From Camelus dromedarius (taxonomy: Eukaryota): a DNA stretch of 64,000 bases. The stretch lies in NCBI RefSeq assembly GCF_036321535.1, contig NC_087437.1, forward strand, positions 56,236,001 to 56,300,000. Reading direction: 5' to 3'. This document shows, one piece after another, positions 38,883-50,760 of this stretch; the stretch's first letter is position 1; every line of letters starts with the position of its first letter. Under the pieces are notes generated by a model, which was not told the DNA's origin, ran no database searches, and saw only the letters and a list, made by a program, of their open reading frames with translations. A program made the position numbers and the translations under genes.

Positions 38883-39934
38883 CTGAGGTGCACCATTAGC
38901 AGGAAAAGTACATTGTGGAAGGTCCCTGGGTGGGAAGCTGGCAGCCAAGTCCAGGACTTTTCCTGTAATGGGCATGTGCTTTTGGAACTGATTTCCTCTC
39001 CCGTATCAACAGAGCGTGAGCAGTTTAGATTTTAGGGCACAGGGACTGATTCACTTGTGACTCACCAAAGCAGCATGTGTGTGTTGTAGCCGCCTTTTCA
39101 CACCATAAATAATTCCGTTCTTTGAATCAGCACTTTAAACAGTAAGTATTCTTTTCCCCAAATGTTAAGTAAAATAAGTCAAATAATAAAATTAAAAGCC
39201 TTTGTAATGCACGTCACATTATTGCTAACATATATATCCTTATTTAGAACAATAATTAGAATTATATTTCACATAAGGTTTTATAAAAGCTTTTACATTT
39301 AGATTCACATTTTATACTTTTGAATACAAATCAATTAAAATTAGAAAACAACAAATTTTAGTTACAAAAGTTTGTTATTTTAATATATACTTCAAGGCTG
39401 TTTTATCAATGCTGATTTTAGGCCTTTTACCCTAATTACTATGACTGATTCATTATTAAGTGGAAAAAAGTAATCCCTTTCTGAGCTGTCACTAAAATAA
39501 CCATCTTAGCAGCTGATTCTTCCCAGGGTAATGACCTGTTTCTAATCCATTTCCCTGTTCCTTTCTCTCTCTCTCTCTCCCCACCTTTCTCATTCTCTCT
39601 CTTGCATTAAGAACCATGTAAAATGGTTTTTTTTTTATTATTAGCACTTAAAATTTGAATTTTAGTATAGAGAAGTCTATCTGATGATGATTGAATGTGG
39701 ATATGTATGCTCTTTTGAGTATTTTTTAGAATACTTCTGATTATGGAATATTTATATTCAGTAAGGCTATGCCATCCAGATGTAAGTAAAACTCAAGTTG
39801 CCCCTACTATATCACAAACTTAAAAAAAAATCCTTTTATCCTAGTATGAACAGTTTTTTTTTTTTTTCCTTCAGAGATATTTTCAAACATTGGTTCATGA
39901 GGTAAAAGTAATCATATAGGAAATTCTTGTTCAT

Positions 39935-39947
39935 GTTAATATTTACC
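39935..39947 (+). promoter_or_regulatory. HNF1-type binding motif GTTAATATTTACC
   Basis: Close match to the HNF1 consensus GTTAATNATTAAC, about 0.9 kb upstream of the ATG. Confidence 0.4.
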
Positions 39948-40329
39948 ATTTAGCTATTTTTGTCAGACGGTATTCTAAATGATTTACAGACGCAATACCA
40001 TTTAATTCTCACAAACATTTTTGATGTTTGTTTCTATCACTAGCCCCATTTTACAGAATCCATAATCCAAGTGCCTTTAGCCTATAGGTTTCAGAGCCAG
40101 GACTTATACCCAGAGCCGTCTGGATTAAAATGCACACTCTCTCCCACTCAGTGATGTCGAAAGGTTAGGAGTCATGGCTCTACCTGAGCCCAGGTCTTGG
40201 AAACCCTTCCTGGGCTGTTCTGCCCCACACTTTGGAATGCAAACTCCCTTGAGCAAGCGCTTGTTGGCATAGTTTCACCGGTGGCCTGTCTGTCTAAGGT
40301 AGTCAGCGAGTATTAAAATCGTCCTAATA

Positions 40330-40830
40330 ATAAAGTAGCGCTCAGTCAACCGTGTAGCCCCCTCACTGGGGGGAGGAGAGCAGCTCACTTGCCCTGGAGG
40401 GGCTGAGAAAGAGCAGTTTACAAGCGTCAGCCTGGGGTCTGACCCTTCCTGCTCTCCATCTTGGTGCTGGCACGTGCCTCCGGTGACCATCACCTCACAT
40501 CAGCCCAGAGTCTGGGCAGAACGCACTACCAGGGCTCCTTTCTCCCCCACCCCAAACACACTGAGCCCTTTCACTGACCTGCCTTCTGATTGGAGGCCGG
40601 TTGCTCCAGATAATGACGTCCGGGACCCCTCTGTGGGTTACAGCCTGTTTCTATTACTCTCACCGCAACTTAAGACGCCTGCAGTTGGGGAGGAAAGAGA
40701 GGGAAAAGACCAGGATTTTCAAGATCCCTGGGTACCAGAGGCACAGAAGACCAGCAGCATTCCGGCTACCTGCGTGGCCCCAGGGCTGCCAGCTGCCCAT
40801 GTGTCGCTTGCAGACAGGCTGCTCGCTAAG
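40330..40830 (+). promoter_or_regulatory. Probable CLDN16 proximal promoter / 5' UTR
   Basis: Locally GC- and CpG-enriched sequence directly before exon 1, with E-box CACGTG at 40471-40476 and an inverted CCAAT box CTGATTGG at 40586-40593. The TSS cannot be determined from sequence. Confidence 0.55.
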
Positions 40831-40834
40831 ATGA
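40613..40834 (+). other. Out-of-frame upstream ORF (73 aa) starting at the orthologue of human CLDN16 Met1
   Basis: ATG 40613 gives [26 protein letters not shown]..., similar to human MTSRTPLLVTACLYYSYCNSRHLQQG. It lies 218 nt upstream of the main ATG (not a multiple of 3). Stop TGA 40832-40834 overlaps the main ATG. Translation not shown. Confidence 0.75.
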
Positions 40835-40944
40835 GGGACCGTCTTCAGTATGTCGCCTGCTTCTTTGCATTTTTCTCTGCTGGGTTCTTGGTTGTGGCCA
40901 CCTGGACAGACTGCTGGATGGTGAATGCAGATGACTCCCTGGAG
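40831..40944 (+). CDS. CLDN16: Claudin-16 coding exon 1 ([38 protein letters not shown])
   Basis: ATG at 40831 (context aagATGa). The peptide matches the claudin-16 N-terminus and TM1 (human [38 protein letters not shown]). Ends at donor GAG|gtaaga; 114 nt, phase 0. Confidence 0.97.
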
Positions 40945-43900
40945 GTAAGAAGCCAGCAGCTTCTTTTACTGACCCAATTTGTCCCTGAGCCCCAGTGCCA
41001 CACTATGTTCACCAGAACTAATGATAGTAGTACTAGCCAATGTGTGTGGCCTTGCTCCTTGCTTACTACTTATTGAGTCATTATTTGCTCATTTACTCCT
41101 CACAGCTACTCTCTGGGGTAGGTATTGCTGTTATCCCATTTTACAGATGAGGTAAGTGAGTAACCCCTCTTTTTTCATAAAGATAAATTCACACAAGGGT
41201 AGTTATGTGATCCCTGCCACTGATCCCTCCAGAATTCACCTCTTCCATTGCTGCATATATGAAACTGAATAACATTCCAGTAACACCCTCCCTCACAAAC
41301 AGGTATTTACTCATCTTGACTACAGCATTAAGAGTAGCATGGTAGACTTTCTTAAGGAGTGATAATCTAAAAGTTTAGTGATCAAACTCAAGGCATAAAA
41401 AGCCTATCCAATTACTATGCAATAGAAAGATGTTATTTTAAGGCGTTTCCAAGTAGATGAACACAGTCCATGGGAAAACAAGTCTTGTCAGTGTGTCACG
41501 AGGTACTGGAGACAGATGTGGATTTAAGAAACCCTCTTTTAAAAATGAGTTGCACTTGGAAGCCTACTGTTCATGCAAGAATGAGTGAGTGTTTCACATT
41601 TGAAACTTTAATTTTTCTCACTGGAGAAGCTCAGAAAGAAGTAATTTTGAAATGTAGAATCATTTTTCTGTAGCGCTAGGAATCTGAGAGAGGTAAAGCT
41701 AAGTAAAAAGCAAATCTTCAGAATCAGCAGCTATTCATCAGTAAGGTTTCTGAAAATGTAGGTAAGAAAAAGGAACAATATGTCAGGAACTCAAATAGGG
41801 AGTATGTTCTCTTAGGTACATCCTGAAGGGAAGAGTTTACTCTAACAAATGCTATACTTTTATGAAGTTTAAGAAAGACACCTAGGGGCCAAGTTTTTAT
41901 ATTTGTCTCCTAATGTCATTTATTAAATTCTTAAGTCTGAGAGTTTGAAATAGAAAGCAATCATCTTTCTATTTTTCTGTGTATTATTTTTCTGATTTAT
42001 TCTTTTCTTGCTTTTACTTCTTCTCTGACTTCTACATGGCATTTCAAAACCAATGGGGTTATAAGTACTTCCTTAGTGCTAGAAAATTATATTTCTGAAA
42101 ATTATGATACGATTGAAATACCATAAAGGATATCTGCTATATGTGAGTCTGATGGTGCATTTTATCGAACCATGAATATAAGTGGTGAATTTAAAAAAAC
42201 AACACACAGAACTATCCTTTGACCAGTACTCAGAGAAAAGTAAAGATGCAAACGTTCTGCTTGCTCGAATATACTAGGTGATGAATACAGAAATATACTG
42301 ATTTTGGGCACGCTTAAAATTATGTTTTTATAAATATGCAAAATCTTCTCTAAAAACATTATTAAATTATTTTCCCAAACAATTTGAAAATCTTTCTGCT
42401 TAAACTGATGGAGCTGCTAACTTCCCCTGAGAAGAAACGAAGGTTTAGAAAGTGTCAGACCTTGCAGAGAGAGACTGGGAGTCCCGGCATGGAAAGTGCC
42501 TTCCTGCTTTTCATGTCAGTTCATCCAGCCAATTTGCCGTCTGTCCTGTGCAAGAACACTTCTAGTTAAAATGAATGGAAGGAACAGTTCAGGTTATTCA
42601 CCATGAGTAAATCCTTGCTAACCTTGGACTGCACGTAATAGTTTTTAGCGTCTTTCATACTTTCCGTGCTTGAAATGTATTACTATAGAATCTCCAAGAA
42701 GCCTCCATGTTGAAAGAAGAAACCTTCAACAAATTAGCCCCCTTCTCTTTAATAATCTTTAATAATATTGTCAATATTTTTAAAGAGACAGGGATCTCTC
42801 ATAATAATTGCTCTTTCAATTGGCCAGCATATAAAGTCATAAAATTATCCATAAATTTCAAGGTTCTGAGACTCATTGGCTTAATTATACTGTTCTCCGT
42901 GCTCATGTATATATCTTCTTTGGTCCATATTAACAGCTCACTTTAAACAACTATTGGACAAATGTTGACACAATAAAAGTGCCTTAAAAAAGAAAACATA
43001 CCCATGGAAAATTTAAACAAAAAGGAGTATAATGAATTTTTAGATCTGGTAGTCTTTTACAGTGATGTGGGCATCAGAGTTGGAAAACGGAGTCGATAGT
43101 TCAGTTCAACGTAACAGGCATGAAATGTATGTCACGTGAAGGGTGCTGTGCTAATCCTACGAGGGGAGGCAAAGATAAAGCAAGAGTGGGTCCTGCCTTC
43201 CAGGAGTGAGCATTTAGTGAGGAACAAAGATGCACATGAGACTCTAATAAAGGGCATGGCCCATTCATATATGGGAAAGAAATGAACAAGGTATCATTGG
43301 AGCAAAGAAGATAGAACGATTATTTCCCACCAGGGACATTGAAACAGGCTTCCGGGAGGAAAAGACATTTGAACAAAGCCTCAGAAAGATGCAAAGGATT
43401 TCAAAAGGTAGAAATGGCAGCAGGGGCCTTCCCGACAAGAGGACAAATCGCAGAAGTACAGAAAAAAGGAGAGTAACAGGGAGCACAAGGCAAGAAAGTT
43501 CAACTAGCCTTTTGCCTTACTAGAGAATACTCAAAATACTACAAAATATTGTTTCACCTTACTTATACTTGGCCTGAAGAGGAAGGTTCTTTGCATTAAG
43601 TAAAAACATTAAGAAAAAGAAACAGCACATGGCATTGCAGAGTGCACAGCCTCAAAATCAGGGACCAGAGATCCTAAGCTCCCATCCTGCTCCTGTCATT
43701 ACTGACTCACATGTGTCTTAAGGGAAGACTGATGTAGTGAAGAGAACTTGGGTTTGGGGGTCATCCCAGCCTCTGGTGGCATCTTAACTGTCTTCTATTG
43801 AGCAAGTCACAGTTCATGTCTTGAGCTCAGTTTCCTCAATTATAAAACAAAGTTGAACTCAGTGGTTTTAAGGTCCATTTTGGTCTTCAGATTCTTTAAC

Positions 43901-44044
43901 ATCAGAACTCCTTGACTAGACAGTGTCTGTAATTCCGGAGAGATGGCCAGTCGCGGGAGAGCCGATGGTGTCTAAAGCCTCCCCAGAAATTTCCATTAGG
44001 AAATCAAGTGTCAATAGTCTTCATTTACCTGTAACTTCATATGT

Positions 44045-44295
44045 TCTTTCATCCTTTCTCCCACTGTCCTTCCCTCCTTACTTTTTCCCTCCCTTCCTTT
44101 CTTCCATCCTCCCTCTCTTCTTCTTTTTTCCTTCTTCCTCTCCCTTTAGTCCCCCTTCTCCTTTTTCCTCCCTTTTTAAAATCCCTAAGCTCTTCTCTTT
44201 TCTTCTTCTTTTTCTTCCCCCCCACCCTACTCCTTTATCTCTTTATCCCTCCCTTTTGCACTTCTGTTTTTCTTTTCTTTCCACCTTTTTTCAAT
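44045..44295. repeat. Low-complexity polypyrimidine tract in CLDN16 intron 1
   Basis: About 250 nt almost entirely C/T; followed by an L2 remnant (~44295-45070). Confidence 0.85.
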
Positions 44296-45234
44296 CCACA
44301 AATGCTCTTTGACACTTGCTGTCTACCTAGTACTGTGCTGGGTACAGGTTATGAAGGAGGATGAGACTTGGATCTTCCTTAGGTTGCCTCCAGCATACTG
44401 GGGGAGACAGACAGGTGAACTGATAGACACAGTATGATGTGACTAGTGCAGTGACTACAGATAACTCCGAGCAGCCAGCTCACCCAATCCTGGATAATCA
44501 GTGAAGGCTACCTAGAAGAAGTATCTGAACTAGACTTGAGCAGGTGAGGGGGGCAGGATAAGTAGAATATTCCAAGCACAGGATATGATATGGGCAGAGA
44601 TCTAGATATGGGAGAGGTGCTGTATGGTTATGGCTTTGGACGTATCAAAGCATGGAAAGTGTTTCCAGTGTAAGGAGGAGGTCATAGGGGCTTTGTGTTC
44701 ATGTGAAATATACAGCTTATGCCATAGACAAGGGTGCTTCACTATAAACAAACACATATGTGTATTTTAGAAAGATCCATCGTTCTGCCTACTTGTAAGG
44801 AATGATTAGAAAGGGTAAAATGAATTATAGGGAGACCAATTAGGAAGCTTTTTGCCATAGAACAGGATGAAGATGTTGATGGTCTGAACTAGTGTGGCAG
44901 CAAGCATAAAAAGACGAGACGACATGGGAAACTAAAAAACTCGGATTGATGGGATTAATAACTGACTGCATGTGGGGGAAGAAGGTGGAGGACTAAGGAG
45001 AAGTCAAGTTTGAAATCCACTGTATTGTGTTGGGGTAACTGAAGGAAGGATGGAGTCATTTACCTGGAGCTTAAATAGAGGAAAATCCATCTCTATACAG
45101 AAGTCATTAAGCAGCAATATCTTGTGGACCATGACACTGTTTTTTTTTTTCTTACTTAGATCGTTACACAGCACCTTGAAGGGGCCAGGAGAGTAATGCT
45201 TTTTAGTGTGAATGTTTCCAGGTTGGACTTAACG

Positions 45235-45455
45235 ATACAGGGATCTGAGATTAAATCCCACCCTGTCAGGAAGTAGCTGCATGAATCTAGACAGATGCTT
45301 AAATTGCTACAAAACCACATTTCCTCTTCTGTAAAGGGAGAATAACAACATGCACATCATAAGTGTCTTGTGAGAATTAAATGAGCTTGTGTATCTAAAG
45401 TATTTACCGCAGTACCAGGCGAATACAAACTAGTCAATAAATGTGAGATGTATTA
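45235..45455. mobile_element. MIR SINE remnant
   Basis: tttcctcttctgtaaagggagaataac...ttgtgagaattaaatgag...tcaataaatgt. Confidence 0.7.
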
Positions 45456-48400
45456 TCATCTATTTGCACTTAATTGTTTTGTTTTTGTTCTGGAGGCGGA
45501 GATGACATTTTGTGTAATGTTCACTGAAGGGAGAAATATGAGATTTAAGTTCTATTCCTATTTTCTCTATTGATTCTCTTGGACAAATTCTGTTTACTTC
45601 TCTGAGCTGTTGGTTCTTCCATCTTTATACTTATGACTGTTCCCTTTTTGTCTAACCAAAGGAATAAGGCAGAGAGTAGAGACAAAATAGCATAAGTTAT
45701 CTACTAAATACATTTAAAAAGAAAATTAATTATGAATTAATAACATTATTAATGTGTTAACCATATCATAAAATAGGTAATTCTTCATTATCCACACTGA
45801 AATAGAATGGTACCTTCTTCACAGTTACTGGTCTCTCAATTATCAGCATGAACAAAATGTTTTCACAAGCTTATTTCACTTTCAGTTCAACTTCTGTTAA
45901 TTATTTACTGAGAATCTGCTAAACATCAAGCATAGTTATGATTAAAATTTTGTTACCTCAAATGAAAATTTCCCACATTTGGATTTATTTTATCTTGATA
46001 ACCAGGTTCTCCGCTGGGATTTCCATTTGCATTAATGATGCTACGGTCCTTTCAGACATAAAGTAAATATTGAAATTATTATATCTAGCATGTATTCTGA
46101 TTATTTATACACTAGTTTTACTTTCCAACTGAGTTCAAACTCCTTCAGCTGTAAATACGCCTTCACTCATCTCATGATCTCCTACAACGCCTATTACGCC
46201 CTTTCACACAGTGGGGACTCATAATGCATTTCTTAATATGAACTAATTGGGTACCTGTTAGATACCTGGCATCCCTATTAAAAGAATGAATGCATGCATG
46301 AAATACAGTGTGAAGCGATGTTTACAAATCTCACATTGAGCCCTAAATGAGAAGCATCTCTGTAGAAAGACCATCACATTATCTTAGGCAGTATCTTTCA
46401 CCTTGCTACAATTTAAATTTTTCTCAAGATATGGATTTAGTCCCTCTTTTTGATAAGATCGGAATAAAGATCCAGTCCCCTGAGATGTATAATTAAGTTG
46501 GTGAAGAGTCCATTCTCATCTAGAAAATACAGCTTTTCTGCTTGGTGCTGCAAAGAGAGAAAGAAATGAAGAAAAAGAGAGAGTAAAGCAAGGAAATTAG
46601 TATTTTGTAATCATTCGCTCAACAGAAATCTTGATCTGTCACAAGGCACTCATCATTGCAAAGTTGAGACATCATATTTTCATAAGGAGAACATTCAAAA
46701 TGATTAAATGTATTATTTAAATTAAACAACAGATACTCAAATTGAAATATTTATATAGTTCAGATATGTAAATTAAGTAATATAACCATGAAAGCCACAC
46801 AAATCTTGTATTACCTACTAAATTTGCATTACCCAACTCTTACCACTTACACCTTTAGCCGAAGCTCCATGACTAAGCAAGCAGAGCTAAACCAAATATA
46901 CTTTAGCACATCAATTCATGGCACATAAGTAGAGTGGAAAGGAAAGGTGGCATCTATTATGTTTATTTTAATCTTGTTTTCTCATTAGTGTAAATGCTTC
47001 TCGAGTTCTTTTAGACCCTGGGGTAGTTAGAAAAAGAAAATAAAATATAAAATCTAAAAGTTCAGAATTCTAGTATTAAAATTTTTAAATGTCTTTTGGG
47101 TTCAAATAGAAAATGTTTCAAGTTTCAGTAGTAACATGTTATTTGCTATAGTATTATTAACACTTTTGAATCCTAATAAATATATTTAAGTAAGTACTGG
47201 AAACAAGTAAGTTGCATCTTCAGTGTTCAAGTACACTAGCACAGGGATGGTAATGTCGTATGAAAACCATAAATTCCCATTTTATGCATATACAAAGTGG
47301 TTTTTAAGAGAATATATCTTCATGACTTGTTCCATTTTTCTTTTGGCTAATGCGTTATTCTTCCTATATATACTATATTTACACACAAATCCCAGTGCAT
47401 ATGCGTTTATAACCTGATGCATATTGACAAAGAAAAATCTTGTTTGATAGTGGTCAACCAACAAAAAATATTTGCTAAGCCTGTTGTGTATAATTATTGT
47501 ATACATTTTTTTGTCTTATGTAACTGGAGGAGAAAAAGCCAGCTGAAGTATTTTTAAATTTCTTTCATTCTCAAAAGATATATGAAATATCTGGAGGCAA
47601 GACAGACACACCCAAAACTGCAGTGAAGAAGACAGAGCAGGCAAAATTGTGTGTTCCTGCTTGTAAATATTTTGAAAGTGGTAAGAAAAGGGAAATTGAC
47701 AAAGAATAAGACAGAGAAGCCTTAATGGGAGCCTGCTAGAATTTAGAATAAGAAATCCCAGGATCAAGGGACTAATTCATGCCACTCTAAACTCAACTGG
47801 GAAGAGTCATTATCAGGCTAGTTTCCTAAAGCTTTTTCTGAGTGTCACCCTGCTCGTCTTCAGTGCCATAATAAACACCTTCCAGAGCCAGTCGAGTAGT
47901 TACTGACACCACATCAGCACAAACTCTCTGTTCTAAATAATAGTCCTTTGACGCCTGGATTTGACGCCTAGCTCTTCCAGTCTGTTCAGTCAAAGTAGAA
48001 AACACACACTAACCATCAACTGTGTGTACAGTATATCAGCAACCATTTTCTATGTCAAAGTTCAAATGAGAGTAAATGTATATGGATTAGAAAAAGTAAT
48101 AGATATCTTTCCTAAATAGACATCTATTGAGCATCTGTTATATGCTGAGAAGGAGGGTCTGTCAGCTCCTTGAAGCAGGGTACCAAGCTAGTCTTGGTGG
48201 TTGCTGTATCCCCAGCATTTAGTTACCCTGTTGACTGACACATGACAAACGTCCAATGAATATAGTTTGAAAGATAACAAACAGACTTGGGAGACAGATG
48301 CATATAAGTGCACATAAAAAAGACAATGCAATATTATAAATGGTACATAAGAATGGACAAATTACTGTGGGATCCAAGAAGACATTAATTCCAACTGGAA

Positions 48401-48539
48401 AGACTGGGGGAACCTCGCAGAAAAAGAGAAGTAAAATTTGAATGATAGGTAGAAATTTGACAAATTAAGAGCTAGGGGAGTTACTGTTATTATCATGTAT
48501 CAGGAGGGGAAGACTCAAACGACTATAAGAACCAGGTAG

Positions 48540-48800
48540 CCAGCATCCATGAGAGAGGCAGATTGGGTGGGGATGGTGAGCAATCCACGAGCACAAGCCC
48601 CACCTACACAGGAGAGGCCACTTAGCTCGCAGTAATTGTTGCTACATAGGACCAGGGAGTTCCGGCGGCCACGTTGACCAAGTTTCCAAGGGAAGCCAGA
48701 AATCTGGAATTCTCTGTAAAATCTGCTTTACTGTTGGCAACTAATGAATATTAAGAAATTTATGCTGGCCTTACTATGTTTGTGACGTATGCTTTTATTG
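48540..48800. mobile_element. hAT-Charlie-type (MER102-like) DNA transposon remnant
   Basis: gaagccagaaatctggaattctctgtaaaatct...tggcaactaat, recognised from memory. Confidence 0.35.
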
Positions 48801-49783
48801 CCACACCTTAGATAAACTGACTTCTCCCCACTTAGGAAATAATCCTCACTTTAGGGTCATCAGATGGTCATTGAAATAATATAAAAGTTCCTCTAGTATT
48901 ATTTTATATGTTATTTATTAATATACAGATCACATGTTAAGAGGAGAAATCCTAAATTTGGAATTGTCTATTTTGGACCACCCTGTGAGATAAAATTATT
49001 AGTTAACATTTTGCATTTTTGCCCTTTAAGGAAGGTTAACCATAATATTTTAAGCATCAGTCTGCTTTTTAAGAACCTTGTCTTAAGACTTTAAAGAATG
49101 TAAATTTACTTGCCTCTTTGAGCATTCTTAATAAGTCATTGTACAACAGAGGGATAAGTAAGTGAAGACTCTAAATTATAGGCAAGAAGAGCTTTCCTAA
49201 ATGTGATAAATAACATACAGTCTTTTAACCTTGTCTTTTGTGCACAAAGGCACCTTTAAGGGTGTCTCCAGTAAGTGCTATATTAACACAGAAGTTTAGT
49301 TAATTACAGCCACTATTCTCACGTACCTTAACCGAGTATGAATACCAAGCAATCTAACAGTGTGCCCCTGAGCATTAATACCTAATGAAATTGGATTCCT
49401 TGTTGCCTCTAATGAGCTCATTGCTTTTCTAAATATGGTCATTGCAGGTAAATGATCAATAGCCTTGAAAATGACACTACTACTGGATTATTTTGGCAAG
49501 AAAAAAATACTCTTTTTAGCTTAAAATAAGTATCTTCACATACAGATCTCAGCCCACTTTCTAAATAACCTCACATATAACAAGAATGACTATAGTAGGT
49601 CCGTTAGTTTGTTTTAGTGGCTGAGTTAAGAAATTGTGGACGGTCACTCTCTGATTATGGAGTAGTGACTTCAAATCCATATAACCTAGCTCAAGTTGGA
49701 ATGAACTGGATCCAGTGTGTTCCTGTTAATTGAGAGACTGAAGGGCAACAGGCTATGAGAAGGCTTGCTTTTTGTTGTGGTGT

Positions 49784-50276
49784 AAGAGTTCAGCACATGC
49801 TAAGCACAGGCTCTACCACTGACCTATACCCAGATAGTCATTCTAAGTGAAGTAAGCCAGAAAGAGAAAGAAAAATACCATACAATATCACTTATGTGTG
49901 GAATCTAAAAAAAAAAAAAAAAAAAAAAAAAGACAAATGAACTTATTTACAAAACAAAAACAGACTTACAGACATAGAAAATGAAAACTTATGGTTACCA
50001 GGAGGGAAAAAGGGTGAGAAGGGATAAACTGGGAGTTTGAGATTGACAGATACTAATATATATATATATATATATATAATAGATAAACAAGTTCATACTG
50101 TATATAGCACAGGGAACTCTATTTCATATCTTATAGTAACTTATGGTGAAAAAGAACATGAAACAAATATATGTTCATGGTTCATGTATGACTGAAGCAT
50201 TATGTTGTACACCAGAAACTAACACAACATTATAAACTGATTATACTTCAATTAAAAAATAAAAGAATTCAGCACA
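49784..50276 (+). mobile_element. TSD-flanked chimeric retroposon: antisense tRNA/SINE head plus L1 3' end
   Basis: TSDs aagagttcagcaca (49784-49797) and aagaattcagcaca (50263-50276). 49798-49831 reverse-complements to gggtataggtcagtggtagagcctgtgcttagca. 49832-50262 is a sense L1 3' end with an A-rich tail. Confidence 0.85.
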
Positions 50277-50288
50277 GATCGTCTCTAC

Positions 50289-50760
50289 TGTATCCACTTC
50301 CCAGGGCTGCCATAACACATTACTACAATTTGGTGGTTTAACACGGGGGAAATTCATTCTCTTATAGTTCTGGAGGCCAGAAGTTTGAAATCAAAGTGTT
50401 AGCTAAAAGAAGCTACAATGCCTCTGAAGGTCTTGGGGGAGAATGCATTCCTCGCCTCTTCCAGCTTCTGGTGGCTGCAGGCACTCCTTGACTTGTGGCC
50501 ACATCAGCCAATGTCTGTCTCTACAGTCACATTGCCTCTTTCACTTGTGCCTGTGTCACCCCTCTGTGTGTCTCTTACAAGGACACTTGTCATTGGATTT
50601 AGAGCCCACCCTAGTAATCCAGGATGACCAACTTATCTCAAGATAACTTAATTCAACCACATAGGCAAAGCCCCTTTTTCCAAATAAGGTCACATTCACA
50701 GATTCTAGAGATTAGGGCGTGGACATGTCTTTTGCAGGGGCCACCATTCAATCCATGGCA
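50289..50760 (-). mobile_element. MaLR LTR (MLT1B/C-like)
   Basis: gggctgccataaca, agttctggaggccagaagtttgaaatcaa, aggacacttgtcattggatttagagcccaccct, ttttccaaataaggtcacattcaca. Confidence 0.8.

Noticed and set aside
1..40300. Neighbouring genes (e.g. CLDN1) or upstream non-coding CLDN16 exons
   Set aside because: No claudin-like or other coding exons were recognised. Non-coding exons cannot be supported from sequence alone.
40474..41076. 200-aa ORF as a single-exon gene
   Set aside because: It is CLDN16 exon 1 plus the upstream open frame and intron read-through past the donor at 40945; the start is GTG.
43923..44364. Overlapping F/S/P/L-rich ORFs
   Set aside because: Artefact of a polypyrimidine tract, which cannot contain stop codons.
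49798..49831. tRNA gene
   Set aside because: Only a 34-nt 5' half with no B-box or acceptor stem; it is part of a retroposed insertion.
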